Shown: positions 11,672 through 25,211, counted from the stretch's first letter. The stretch: DNA of 64,000 bases from Trichosphaerium sp. ATCC 40318 (GCA_038496445.1 JALMLS010000022.1:1-64000); one strand, 5' to 3'. A program made the numbers and translations. Notes: a model not told the origin generated them from the letters alone.

Positions 11672-14191
11672 ATGAGAAAAACCGTGGAGAACAATGAAGC
11701 TCACATTTGCGAACAATTCAATGCAAGACTCAATCGAAATGGACATTTAAACAAACACACTACAAGTATGAACCCCCGAGCGCATAGAAAATATAATTTT
11801 CCAAAGGTATGTATTGTTATCTATCGTATTAGACATAAAGCTAGCGCGATGGAACTAATCCATCACGTACGCTCAAGTTAAAAAACGACTAAAAAGTACC
11901 TTGAATGTAATATTTTAATGTTAACAAAGACATGGGCCTTTTATTTAGCCGTTTTATAAAAAAAAAGTTCTTGTGATTTTGTTTCTTTTCTTCTTTAAAG
12001 TAGTTTAATCGATAGTACATGTTATTGTTAAAATATGTATTATTGTTTCGAACTTGTTCATCTAAATGTAATGTCTAAAAAAACCGTTTAATAAAACTTT
12101 TTGTTTTAAGGATGTGTATGGTAACTCAGAGGATCCAGATGATGATGACTATAAGCTACCTGATAAAGAAGAACGACCAGTGCAATCTAAAAAGTGGCGA
12201 AATATGGGTACGTTCGAAAAATGGATGTCTGTTCACGTCACGTGATTTGTAAATTTCTTTTTTTTTTTCTTTGAGTTTTTTTTTTTGGTTCCTACTCCTT
12301 TCTTCTTAACTACCTTGTCCTGGTATTTTTCTTCTCCTTTTCCAGTTTATTTTATTACCTTGCTCAACTTTGTTGTATTTCGTTCGAAAAAATACCTCAG
12401 GAAGAGAATTGAAGAGAATTTGGTTGTGTTCTTTAAAAGTGTCGTTTTCTTCTTCTTTTTCCTCACTCCACTAAACCATTCTCCTTTCGTTTTTATTAAA
12501 CCGGTTTGGCCGTTGAAAAACCTATCGTTTGGGTTACAACATGGTTTAAATTTATGTTCTTGTTAAAATATTCGGAGGGCGGGTTTTTTGTAGCTTGTGT
12601 TTTTCAGGAAAATGTGAAAAAAAAATCGCAAAAGTTAACTTTTTCTGTATAGACAACAAAACGAAAGTTCAAATAAATCGTCTGAGTAAAAAGCATGAAC
12701 AACTCTATGCACAGCTAGAACAAAGTCAACGTGATATAAGAGACTTGACACAAAAGAATGCAGCTCAAAGAGAAGAATTAACAGCACTCAAAGTAAGTGA
12801 ACTCGACCGATCCATAAAAAACGTTTTTTTTTTCAACTTTTTTCTTCCCTTTCCAAAACGCCAAAAAAAGATCACGTGCACATTTTTACACCCTTTACTT
12901 CTAGTCTCAGATCCATCACATGTCGATGTACCAACCTATGCCAGCTGCTCAAAATACAGCGCAATACAATACGAAACCAGGCGGTGAAGTCGTAATGGCG
13001 CGAGTCGTAGCAGGAACAGCACAACAAGCTCCTCAGCAACATGCGACGCTACCTCCTCCACCTCAACCACTTCCAAGACATCACATGCATCCTCCTCCTC
13101 TAAGAGCGTCCCCTCAGGCACCTCAACCTCAACATCCTCCACAAAGAACAACACCAATCCTTCCACGTGGAATATTATCTGAAAGAGTCGTTGATCGCCC
13201 ATCATTCTTCCCAAGAATGAGAGACCGTCCTCCAGCAAGGTTTATATCAGCAAACGAACATAAAGAAAGACAACGCTCAAGATTCGATATACCAAGAGCC
13301 GAACAACCAAAAAGAAGCCAAATGTTTCCTCCACAACCACCTCAAGCAGAACCTCTCAAAAGACCTCCTCACTTCCCTCCTACACCAGCCAGTGATCGCA
13401 CGCGAGGATCAGGAGCTTACCCCTCCAGCCCTACAGACGCACCACCTAGCCCTGCACCTCCTCAGAACGGCGCTTACATATCATCATTTCAACGCGGTTT
13501 GTACGCTCAAGCATACCGCAATTTTTTCACTGCTGGAAACTCGAATGCTCCTCTTGTTGTCGGTAACGCACCTCCATACTATCCACCACTCCCTGCAGCA
13601 TACAGACATCATCCTTATGCTGGACATACAGCGAGGAAGGGACCACATGCTGGTAGAAAAGGATACGCTGAAAGAAACACAAGCCCTAGTAGAAATGGTT
13701 CTCCGAACGGATATCAACCGATTGGAAAAGCCTTGAAGAAGCCTAAATTTGTCGAAAACGATAAAGAAGAAGTTGACTACAGCTGGAGAAAGTCAAGCAG
13801 AGAAGGATCCATAGGCGGAGGAGAAAATAATAACACTCTGTCATTGACAACAGCATCTCCACCTGATAATGGCCTTGACATTGAACCTGCTTCTTTGAGT
13901 GGAAGGATTCTATTACAGTTGAAGAAACAGCCTGCATCGACAATAAGTATCATAGTTAAAGCTCTACTGGATTTTCTACCGCCAGAAGAGATTGATGACG
14001 CTTTGAAGAATATACCAAACGAGAAACATAAGAATGAACGCGCACAGTCAGTAGTTTTAGAGGCAATGAATAAACTTGCTGAACATGGTCTTGTTGAAAA
14101 GAAGGTAACAGCTGAAAGAGGAGAGTTCTGGAATGCCACAGCCGAAGCTTTTGAGAAGTACGCTGAGCTTTTTGGAAAGCTTAGACAGTAA
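11672..14191 (+). CDS. Putative transcription factor: acidic segment, leucine-zipper-like coiled coil, Pro/Gln-rich region, NLS-like KALKKPK and C-terminal winged-helix-like domain
   Basis: Phase-compatible exons at 12111-12207, 12653-12793 and 12905-14191. The first exon is either 11672-11806 or ATG 11849 (MELIHH). The C-terminus RILLQLKKQP.STIS.IV...VLEAMNKLAEHGLVEK....GEFW.AT fits a winged HTH. Confidence 0.7.
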
Positions 14192-15479
14192 CAAAGAAGA
14201 CGAAGAACGAACAGTCAAGGAAAACAACAAAAAAAAAGATGACTTCAACAAAAACCGTTTCGCGTCATGTGGTATTTTCGTAAAACCCAAAAAAAAAGCT
14301 GACGAACTTCTCGCTGTAATAAAACTAAACATGTGTATATTTTTTCCACTTTGGACTCATTACTGATACATCCTTTTATGTCGTTTGGTAGTTTGTTTAA
14401 TTTCTGTTTTTTTTTGCAGTATTTGGCGTTACACGAGTTTTTCTTTACTGCACATTAGCAATACTGCGCCCTATACATATTGTGCACTACATTGTGGGCT
14501 AACAGTTAGTTCACACTTGTATGCGGTTTTTTGGTGTGCACGTGGTTTTATTGTTTTGTGTGACAAACTTCAAAAACGCCCTGTATTGCCCCTGACATAT
14601 TACAAGAGTCAGGACAAAAGCACAGAGACGCGTATTTGTTGGCACAAAAACGTTTTACAATTTTTACGTTTTGCTGATGTATTTTTGGCCCTTATTAGTA
14701 CCTCGAGATTGTAAACGTTGGTATTGTGAGGGCGGAGTCAGATTATGATGCATATTTTGTATGTTTCGAAATGCCCTTTTCAAAAAACAGCATTCCCTTT
14801 TTATGACTTTGTCGCCGCTAGCTTCTGGTAGAAGCACGCAAGTAGCATTAGAAACAAAGGGTAAGTGTTCACTGTAAACATACTGAGTATGTAACTCATA
14901 AATAAAGCGAGTGAGTATTAACATGTACTCGTTAAAAGTGAATCAAAAAAAAAAAAAAAAAAGCTATGGTGTCTCTTATGGAAGCCATGACGTCTTTGTA
15001 TAACCTATCACAACGGAGAAACATAACATTGACATGTATCTCGTAGTATAGCTCGCTATAATATCGTAAGGCAACGAGGAAAGTAAAATAACACATCGTT
15101 AGATTCACTTGTTCTTTTAGATCTACAATACGAGATTGTAGGAGAGAATACGTCTAACTCAGCTTCGATCCCTGGATCACGTTGCCAGAGACCTTTCCCA
15201 AGCCTTATAACCATGAAGGCCCTTCTTCCTTATTTATACTGTCATTATTTATTTTTATCCACGTAGAAGCTTTCTCAAGATTTATGTGGTCTCAAAAAAT
15301 TAAAGATTTATCTACAGAGAACGCATCATTAAGTAATTACCTAAAGTTGTATTTTGAGATATAAACCTGTATTTACCAGCACCAAACAAAGTGCGTGTTT
15401 TGTTCATGTGTTGCCAATGTTCAATAATATCTAGCACTACGTAGCTCGTAGAGGCATCTTTGTAGCAGAAGTATAGTTA

Positions 15480-16050
15480 GAGTAAATGTGGCAAACCTCT
15501 AAATAACTCCCTCATCTGTTATGTGTATGCAACCATCTAGCCAAATTTCATACACTTTCAGACAATGCGTCTATACTGCCATGTGTTGTCTTTTTGCAGT
15601 CCTGAATATTAATGAAATGAACACATGATGAACCCAGAAAGAGCTTTTACCCCTTTATTTGTAATGTTCTTAGCTTGTATGTACTCCGCTTTGTCATCTG
15701 TTATTTCTATGATCAAGATTAATTGTATGTACTCCAGCAAGCGCTTGAATGTCTTCATCTCTTATGTTCAAACAGCTAGTGAGATCAAAGAATGTACCCC
15801 AGGAAGCCCTTTTACTTGTAATACATTTGCAACCTTCAAGATCAATAGTATGACTCCAGCGAGCACCTTCAGACGTTCATCTGTTATGGGTTGACAACCG
15901 TTAGAACTGATGTTATGTACCAGAAAGAGCTTTTATCCCTTCATCTGTATCTACAAGAAGACAGATCAATTTCGCGAACACCAGTCAATTTGTTGAAAAT
16001 GTCGTCAGCGGCGAGTGTACACTTATTAATAAAATAGAGGAGCTATGGTT
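15480..16050 (-). pseudogene. Decayed LRR gene paralogous to the F-box/LRR gene at 30406-31743
   Basis: Minus-strand fragments such as DEGIKALSG, ITDERLKVLAGVILLIL and IQALAGVHTINLD..EITDD, broken by stops and frameshifts. Confidence 0.85.
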
Positions 16051-16068
16051 GAGAGTTAGATAAATAGC

Positions 16069-16300
16069 GTGGCTCTTCCGTATCAAATTACTGTTAACAG
16101 AATAGCAAGTGTCAAACTCATTCTATTTAACACGTGTTCCGCTGCCAATGGTATCATTATAAAATTAATAAAATAGTGTTCACTGATCACGGGTTGTGGC
16201 TATTTCGTATCAAATTACTGTTAACATAATAGTAATTATCAAAATTCATTACAGGTATCACGTGTTTAGCTGCCATTGTTGATTAAAATTGATAAAAGTA
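16069..16300. repeat. Degenerate tandem duplication with about 127-bp period
   Basis: gtggct..cgtatcaaattactgttaaca..aatag..tcaaa.tcatt..cacgtgtt..gctgcca.tg starts at 16069 and again at 16196. Confidence 0.85.
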
Positions 16301-16930
16301 AGGGTGCACCATTCTGTTCCTTGACAACGCGCACAATTACTTACATGAGTGTAACTACCGGCCAAGTCAGCAACGTAGTGGGGAAACTTGTTCCCATACA
16401 ATTAAACGTTTCTACTTTGCGGCAATAAAGGCAAAAAGTCGAGCTCCTTTCACCTTTGATTCTCCATGAAAAATTTGCTAGCAGTTTTTTAAGATCCAAG
16501 TGCAAAACAATAAACGTCGTGAGGGATGTAATACGGGAAATAAAGGAGTGCCTTTCGCTTTGCTTATGTTCATATATGCGATTGTTGTCATTTTTGGCGT
16601 GTTGTCGATGGAGTGAGCATTCTTGCAAGAATGGACATAAACGTTCAATCCAAGACCAACACAAGATCCGTGAAGATTTGAGCTTTAGTGTATGTCCTTT
16701 GCAACGTAGGATCTTGCTAAATGGGCTTGGTTTGCGTACTTGAGCGGTACTGATTTGTTGTCGTCTTTAGTAGTCGCCAAGTGTTCAAAACCTCTTTTTA
16801 TTACTATATTATCCTATTGCAGGCTGGTGTTGCGGTTATTGGTAAGGTTTTGACTGATTGTAAGGAATATTCATAGTCTTTCGCATTAGTTGCTTATATA
16901 CACGCTAGGACAGAGAATACGCGTAAAAAC

Positions 16931-18397
16931 ATGACTACTGACACCAGAAAAGAAAATGCGGTTAAAAAAGTGCGTTGTACGCTTCATACGCACCTCTTAA
17001 TATCATAAAGGCGAATGGCACCATTAAAAAGAAAATACTCGTAACAATTGCAGGAACTTCCGGTACGCACCCTAAAATCGTCTCCAAACCACTAAGATAC
17101 TGTGCACGTCATAATTTAAAGAAAAAACTAACGTGTTGCAAGTTTTTCTTTATGGTTTTTTTGTCAAAGAAAGAAAACTGTGTTTTCTCTTTATATTGAT
17201 TGCCTTAGGCGCTGGAAAAAGCTCTGTAGCATCAGAGCTTGGTAAAATATTTGGGTGCGAAGTTTTAGGGACAGATCACGTGCGTAGCATGTTACGAAGC
17301 AAAGAAAGCGATAAAGAGGTGCGTGAACCACAACTGAAAAAAAAACTGTCATTTAGTGACCTTGCCTTTTGTGTCTTTGCTTATCTATGCACTAGACACC
17401 TGTCATACATGCTTCAACGTATAATGCATATAAAGCGCTCACCAATACATCACAAAAAGCAAAGGAAGAGCTGGTACCGTCAAAATTAATATCTTGTTTC
17501 TCAAAAAATATTGCAGTCCTTGTTAACATTTCCTAGGTACTACAAGGGTATAAGACGCAGTGTAGTCTTGTTCAGCCTCATGTAGAGAACGCTATAGAAG
17601 ATTTAAAGAGTAAACAAGGTCAAAATATGCTTATAGTGGAAGGTGTCCATGTTACGGCCGATTTATTGAGAAACTTGAAGAAAGATAAAACATGGGTTGT
17701 TTTGCCGTTTTTACTTCACGTTGCAGATAATGTACGTATTTGACGTACATGCACAACCGTTTTTCTGGAATTGTTCGCAGTTTTCGCTGCACATATCACG
17801 TGATAACGTGGCGTGATAAAGTTACACCTCAATTTTGAAGAAAAAGATAAAAACAAACTTCAACCTAGTTTTCGCTTCCTTAGAGGATTCGTCGCTAATT
17901 AGTGCGTAGGATACACATAAAGTTCGTTTTAAAAATCGAGCTCAGCCAGAACCTTCTATGCATCCATCAAGAAATAAGTACATAAAGCATTTCACAGAGA
18001 TAAGGACTATACAATCTTATGTTAAAGATCAAGCGACAAAACACAAAGTACGTCTCGCTTTCTTTTTTTTTTTTGGATATCGCTATTCTTCTCCTCTTCC
18101 GCGTTTTATAACCTTGGAAGATACCTCGAGAGTACAATATGTAGGCGTATGTGAGGTTCAATGGTTTAGTTTACCATTTGTTTATTGCCACAACCGAAAA
18201 ACGAGCGCGCCTTCTTTGTCTTTTGTGGATATTTAATCATTTTGATTTTTATTTTACAAGTGTTCTTTTTGTTGGATTTCTTAGCATTCACAGTTATATT
18301 CTAGATGCGTATTGTTGATAATAGTGGAAATAGTATTAACAATGCTGTGTGTACAATCAAAGATTGCATTGAAAAAAGTTTGTATAATGCCGCTTGA
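16931..18397 (+). CDS. P-loop kinase, 2-phosphoglycerate-kinase-like; about 7 exons
   Basis: Spliced Walker A IAGTS|GAGKSSVAS, then GTDHVRSMLR, PVIHASTYNA, QGYKTQCSLV, LIVEGVHV, H..RF..R, NKYIKHFTEIRTIQSY. These are motifs of the 2-PGK family. Confidence 0.9.
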
Positions 18398-18566
18398 GGT
18401 CCAAAAGAGGTAGCGACTTTTTTTTATCTACAAAGAAAAAAAACCAAACCAAGATTGTGTTGCTGATTGGGCTTTTTGAAGAGAGGGCTTATGTGATGTA
18501 CAGTATTTATCCGAAAGAGTGCGAATTATTGTATGGTGGAGGGTGTTGTGTGGTTTAAATTTTGCG

Positions 18567-19882
18567 TCATACACAAGATATGATAGGAGCTGGTTCTAGC
18601 ACATTAGGGTGATCTCGCTTGAGCCTTTCCAAAGAAGGTCGGCTGCCCAGTTTTTGCGAAAGTTTCTGACGTGCGTTATTATCTTTTGTATTATCATCTC
18701 CTACGTAAAGGTAAGTAAATACGTATTGTTTAGGGCAAGGAGAGATGAAGAAAGAGGAAAAAACAAAGAAAGAAGAACAAGACAAAAACTGCACGACAGC
18801 GAAAAAAAAATAAAGCGGGATTTTTCTGGTCGCAGTTTTCTCGTGGTAGGTTGTTGTCGTGACTTCAGGAGCGTTATAGTAGCGAGAGTAAGCGTGTAAA
18901 AAGTTTATCCCTTTTGGGGCATTTTTTCGCTCGTTTTTCTTTTGGAAGTGATTCTTTTCTGACGTACTTTTTATTGTTTCAGTGCTTACTACTGCAGTCT
19001 CTAGAGGCATACGCATTTGTAATAATCTCTGTACTTTTAAATTTACTATCGCAAATTTAAGAGCTTGCTGCATTCTAGCTATAGAGTGTGCTACTTCATG
19101 TGGAGGACAACATTCCTCTAAAAAATTAAAGAGTTAGAAATTTCCCACAACAGAGAACGCGAGATTTTTTTTTTTTTTTGATGAGGATTGGGTTTTTCCA
19201 TAAAATCTCAATTTATACTCGTTTCGGCTTTTATAATCACGTGATATTACAAAATACCACGGGACTGGATTTTGTAATTGAATATTGTGATGAATTCATT
19301 TAAAAACTAAGCGTTACCAAAAAAAGAGAATTACAACTCCAAAGAACGATCACGTGATGATCATAGTAAAAGTAGTAAACTGAAGTCCAAAAAAAAAAAA
19401 AAACTGTGGAGTCTGTTTTGAGCAAGAAGGAAAAAAAACAAGAAGAGAGTGCACGCGATACCTTTTAAAATATTCATAGCGCATAGTGTATGCTTTGGTG
19501 GTCTATGTGTAAGGCGGGCACTGACGTATATCGCGGTTTGTTGGAATTTAATTGCGCGTTGCGTTGCTTGTAGGCTAGGGGCAACATTTACTCCTATGTG
19601 AGGTTAGTGGAGAGCATAAGATAGCGATTGATACCCATACAAATGTAAGATGTCACTAAATCTTCTACAGCAGGCCTATTGCTCAGTTTACGCGATAAGG
19701 AATCCTTAGGATCATGCAAGGCTTCAAAAGAATGGAATTTAGCGGAGAAGAATTCAAACAAAAGGGAAGCTTTTTTGTTCACTTCAGTAGCTTGTTCGCT
19801 TTTTTTAAAATGGTTTTATTGACGTACCAGCTGTTTGTCTTACTAGATCTGCAAGTATTTTATGTGTTAGTATAGTGGTCAT
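18567..19882 (-). CDS. RPEL-repeat (G-actin-binding) protein; multi-exon; 3' end uncertain
   Basis: Exons encode SLSRKLSNRPAVEDLVTSYI, VAPSLQATQRAIKFQQ..VSARLTHRPPKHTL..MNIL, VAHSIARMQQALKF..LQMRMPLE and KLSQKLGSRPSLERL. The L..KL..RP...L repeats with APSLQA linkers are typical of protist and fungal RPEL proteins. Confidence 0.85.
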
Positions 19883-21532
19883 GACATATTGCGGGTATTT
19901 GGAAGTTGTAGAAAAGTATTGCTTTTAAGTCATTGTTTGGCGAAACCCTTTTTCAGATAAGTCTTTTTCTGTCGCTAGTTCGCGGTATATAATGTAAAAA
20001 CAACTATTGTATCTATACAGATGCGTTTGATTGTAATATAGCAATGAAAACTGCGTGTTTTTTAACAGTTTTTGGTACACAAATTGTGTATAACGTTAGC
20101 GATTATACAAACGCTTTCTGTTATGTTATATGATTACTATCACGTGTTATGTACGTGTTTTCTCATCGTACTGAAGGTAATTTTTCAATGTGTTTGTAAA
20201 AACGGAACGACACTGTCGTGTCATCGTGGTAGTTCTCTGCACATTACAAAAGAGGTGAAGTCGTAAAACAAAACCAATGTGATCACCGTTTTAGATGCTT
20301 TGTCAGTTTTTCTTCTTATTTACTTTCGTGTAGAACTACTTCAAGAGAGCAACACTTCCTCAACGGAGATACTAAACGGTACGTGCATCTTTTGAGATTA
20401 CCGCTAGCTTCATCTAGCGGGTGGACGCATTTTTTTTGCGTTATCAAAAAAAAAAAACGTTTCGAAATGCATGTTGCATCACGTGTGGTGAAGTGATACT
20501 ATTTTTTACACGTAACGGTAGTTGGAAAATATGACTTGCCTAACCGGAGTTTTGGATGGTGGTAGTAAAATCAGAAAAGCTCATAACTGCGCAATACAAT
20601 CAAAAACAAATCCGTTTCAACTACCCCGATATTTCGGTGCGTATGAAAGTTAATCTTATTTTTATCTCTTTTCGTTCGGGCGGCCTCTAATAAGAAACTT
20701 CTGTGTAAATTAATTGTTAATTAAAAGAGCTAGTGTTCATGAGTTTGACGATAGTTCGTGAAAAGGGTTGCAAGTTGGGTATAGATCTTTTTGTTTTTGT
20801 AATTTTTTTTTTGAAACTTTTTTTAACTTACGGATTCTGTATTGGCTTCCTCAGTTCGTCAGTCGGTTATTTTATGGTGTTTTTATATGCGTACTGTTCA
20901 CAGGTCTATGTATTAATAAGTTATGTCAGTGATTTCAGATGAACTTGAACGACGTGATTAATTTTATTGCCTAAGTTTTTTAATGGTTGAGGGGAGCATC
21001 ACACGTTATGATAATTATACCAATGTGGCTTCGAGAATGTGTAGGTTATAACCGCAGAGTGATTGGAGAGCTTACTAAAATGTGAACCTATTTGCCTGTT
21101 AACATAACCATCCGGAACTTCTGGAAAATTACAAAACTTTGTAACGCAAACAATTCTAGAAGTCGGAGAAATATATAGCTGCAGTATGATACCCAAGTCA
21201 CAGAATTCAGTGATGTTAAGTGTTACTACTACAGCGTGTTTCAATCTTATCTCAAGCAAACTTCAAGTCATATTTGGGCCAATAACTTTTTTTTTTTGAA
21301 GTAGGTATTGACAAGTCAAAAAAGTTCCTCAGAGTCCTTAATCGGATTGCAAAGGCACAGCATTAGCTGCCGTGTACCCTTCCCAAGGAGTGCATAGCAC
21401 GCCTCTTGCATAGGGTTGGGTCGTCTGAGTATACCCACTGTTGTCCTTTCGGGTGGATCGGTGGTTTTGTTTTACGCAGCAAATACTTGCTTCTTTTGTC
21501 TGCCCTTTTCTTCAGTTTTGGGCATAGACAAA

Positions 21533-22308
21533 ATGAGCCTCAAGCACCTCTTCATAGCATTTACGTTTGTATTGGTTTGTCAATGCGATTGGCTTCCTGA
21601 CTATGCCACTGTTTTTTCAGACAAGTTTAATGCTGTATCAATGCAACTACAGTGCACTCAGTACCGAGCAAGCGCTACGCTTGATGTTTACTTTGAACGC
21701 TTTTCTGGTGGCTTCAAAAGGGTACAAACTATTCGTTTTTATCGTAAAGAGTACCGTTACCCTAATTTACGCTCCAGTACGCCGATATAGACGGCGATTT
21801 GTACCTTGATGTCGCAGTCGGCAACGGTGTACGTTTTCAAGCGTCAAACCCGTAGTAGACGCGTTTAACTGGTTAATAGTGGACAAAGCGTCAGAATCTC
21901 GGTAATTGCACTACCTGCTCAAGAGGATCTTATGAATCGCCTGTTACATGCAAAAGTAAGCGCAATGTACGTTTTCAATAGCTTTGAAGCTTATTTCGCT
22001 AAAACCGCGTTTTTAAGAGTTCAACCGAGTTTAATAGACACTGCGACTTTACTGCTAACTCTAATTACTATCAATACGACATTAACGTTGTAGAGACGTG
22101 TGATATGATCAAAACATTCACATTCGACATGATAATAGGTGCAGACGATCCAGACCGTGATGATATCATTAATAAATGTACTGTACTTGCTTGGCGGTTA
22201 TTTCCAACTAATTCTGATGACTTTTGGTCAAAAGTCCAGAAAAAGTTTTTGTGCCCTGATATCTCTTGTAATGTGAATTCACAAAAAGATGCCAAAATAC
22301 GAGTCTAA
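21533..22308 (+). CDS. Secreted Cys-containing protein of unknown function; about 4 exons
   Basis: Signal peptide MSLKHLFIAFTFVLVCQC, GT-AG introns, last exon ending ..KKFLCPDISCNVNSQKDAKIRV*. Confidence 0.65.
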
Positions 22309-22793
22309 AGAGAAGGTGAATAAATCTTTCAAACAGTAAAAAAGCTTCTCTTTGATGTCTTTGTTTGAGCAGTTAGGAGTCTGTCACGTGCATAATTTTT
22401 GTTTTGTTTTGAATTAAAAAAGTTGCTTGATTTCATTGTACAATGTAACACTTGGGAATTTACATCAAGAAGGACAGAGTTATTGAGTCATCTGATTTTG
22501 ACTCCACCTGTCAATGGCTTTTTTCATTTTGCACACAAAAACATTTATGTCTTAATTCCTTATTCGCCTATTTTTCCGATTTTCCAAAGGTACTCCCTTT
22601 GACGCAGACCGTTTGGACTACTGTTGTTTTTACGTTTCAGTCTGGGACCGGTCCGGGCTGGTATTTCTGGCATCTCTAATGTGAATTAACGCCAATAAGC
22701 GTTCAATAAGCCACTCCTGAGTAACGGAAATTTTTCTAATTAGTAATTATGTTACACAATCACTCTCTATTTCTTGTATATTACTATATTTGG

Positions 22794-24431
22794 TTAAAAC
22801 TCTGATTTACTGTTTTCTGGAGGACACTCTTTAAGACGATGACAAGATTTAGGATCTTGTTTGTACATTGAAGGAAATAAATATTCCAGAGTACAAGGTG
22901 TTCCAAAAGTACCAGATAGTCTTTCTGTATGTGCAACTTGGTGTGGGCAGAAGCCTTTAGTGTATGTTACAAACCTACTTAATCCACTTGCTGTACCAAT
23001 TATAACATTCACGTGATCAAGTAAAAAGTATTCCAGCCATAACCTAGTGCCTTCATCTTTGTCTTGGCTTTCTTCTTCTGGAACATAAACAACTCTGTTA
23101 GGATAACGTGATGTGATAGCATCAAAAGTGATACTGTTTATGCTTGTTATAAATATAGTCTTCACATAATCTCCATAAACATCAATACACTTATAGTATA
23201 AATCTAAGTCATCCAGACTTTGAATACCACCTTTACCAATATGTACATGAACACCAATAGACGGTTTGCTTGCATCAAAGTGTTCTTTTACGAATTCATC
23301 AACAGCCTCTTTAGTATTTTTTGTTGGTTGTATTAAAGCTTTTGTAACTGCTCCCACAACAATATCAAAGTCAGTACACATATAGGTACGTGAACTAACA
23401 TCAACCTGAGGTTGAAGTACATTCCAATCAACAAAACTATTCCAGAAATAATGAGACCATTCCATGTTGTTAAATTGTTCGCCGTCAAACCCACCTAGAG
23501 CAAAGTGAGAGGCCCCAAAGTTTGGGTCTCCATTCATAACGTAGATTCCTTCTTTTCCTGAAGGATCAAACGTTGATAAAGGCATGTCTTTGTTGTATTT
23601 AATATACTTTGATGAATCTAAAGTCCAGTTGAATTTCCATCCAGTAACACCTTGCCAAAATGGCATTGACTCAACATCAATAAAGAAAGCACGGTCGTGC
23701 TTTATAGCAGTAAGAAAAGCATTAGTTACTCTTTTAATCTGATCACCTAAAAGACTTTTGCACGTGGGAGTGCATTTCTGGATTAAAATCCTTTGTTCTT
23801 CAACGGGTTTTGCTAATTCGTTCTTTCTTAGACTGACATATCTATCTAACCAAGGAGGATACTCATCCAAGTCAGTACTCCAAGATGGCTTGAAGCGATT
23901 ACTTTGTTTGTATTCCTTTAGCCAAGATGATACTTCTGGAAGTAATTGTGATGGAGGCAAGATAATTGTCGGTCTAGAAACTGAAACAGGTGCCGAAGTT
24001 GCAACTTCAGTAGGGTTTTCTTTGCCATCTTTGTCCGCACTGCCTCCCTAAGTAGGTTCGTAAGCCTTTTTCTACAATATGGCGCCTTTTAAGCGTGAAA
24101 CTTGCTCATCACGTGTGTAGAGGTGATTCAATTCGAGTTGTTACAGAATATTTTTGCTCGACATTTTTTAAGTACCTTGTCTTGTTCTTGCTTTTGTTTT
24201 GACGCAATCATACTAACTCCAGGTATATTTTTAATATTAATTAAAGCTTCATCTCCGAAATACACCAAAGAAACAAAACAAATAGTCGCAATAGTGAACG
24301 TAATCAATAACCGCCGTTTCTTGTTACGAATAGAAATTGAGTAAAGAAAACAAGTTATTTTAAACTATCACGTGTCGTACAAAAATAAAAGAGCAAATCT
24401 TTCTTCCCGTACTGATGCGGCGTCTACGCAT
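22794..24431 (-). CDS. Type II membrane glycosyltransferase, alpha-1,2/1,6-fucosyltransferase-like (GT-B fold); 3 exons
   Basis: Spliced MRRRISTGRKICSFIF|KRRLLITFTIATICFVSLVYFG (TM)..|stem region. Catalytic exon has LLGDQIK..AFLTAI..DRAFFID, SIGVHVHIG, IFITS, EYFLL...IIGTASGLS (FUT motifs I-III). Confidence 0.8.
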
Positions 24432-24533
24432 AGGACACTAAATTACAGTACATTAAGCTACGCTCATATAACTAAGCTTCTTTAAGTCAAAGAAGAACCA
24501 ACCAAGTAATTACGCTCATTGTGGCAAGCGCAA

Positions 24534-24795
24534 AGAAAAAAAGGTTAAAACGGTACAAGCTCGCTGTTTTAGCGCAACTTTACCCCTGGCGTAAAGCTCA
24601 ATGCCAGTTATCAACAACCGCACTATACGGTTATTCTACGCGCAGCAAAGCCATAGAGGCGGCGTGTAAGTTTTGTAAATTAAAATCATGAAAAAAAAAA
24701 ACCCAAATAAAGACGCCAGTGGCACGCGTGTGTTGTTGGATTGGGACAAAACAGCCAAGTAAGTAAAAGCTTGTACCGTTTTAACCTTTTTTTCT
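24534..24795. repeat. Inverted repeat (28-bp perfect core in longer degenerate arms) between divergent genes
   Basis: agaaaaaaaggttaaaacggtacaagct at 24534-24561; its exact reverse complement at 24768-24795. Confidence 0.9.
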
Positions 24796-25211
24796 GTGCC
24801 TTGTCACAGTCTCGCTGAGTAACGTAATAATGTAGATGGAGGCTACACGTGACCTCAATAACTGCTCGTTTAGTTTTTTTTTTTTTTGACATTTTCACAA
24901 AGCGGTATGTTCTGTAAAAGCGCGTAAAACTGATAATCTTTTATCTCATGCCTATATTAATACTACAGAAACCCTCGGCATCCGTAAGTAATGTCACCTG
25001 CCTCTTGTCGTTACTTTACTCCGACAACACTTGACTTCACCTTTTTTTGTGCAACACACTCTGTTTATCCACTTCGGTCATACCTCTTTGGCGTCACGTG
25101 ATATAATCAAAAGTCACGGGATTATCGATAAGCATCTTTAGTTGATAAAAATCAGTAAATTAATATTAAACGTGATTAAACAGTTACTGGGGTGTTGGTT
25201 TGATAAGAAAG

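Noticed and set aside
12936-13238. Acidic Glu/Val-rich 100-aa minus-strand ORF
   Set aside because: Antisense shadow of the CCT/CCA-rich proline region of the plus-strand gene.
20040-21300. Exon-like fragments with GT/AG boundaries
   Set aside because: Could not assemble a coherent frame or assign homology.
22090-22308. Saposin-like reading of the Cys pattern in the secreted protein
   Set aside because: Cys number and spacing do not fit the six-Cys saposin pattern.
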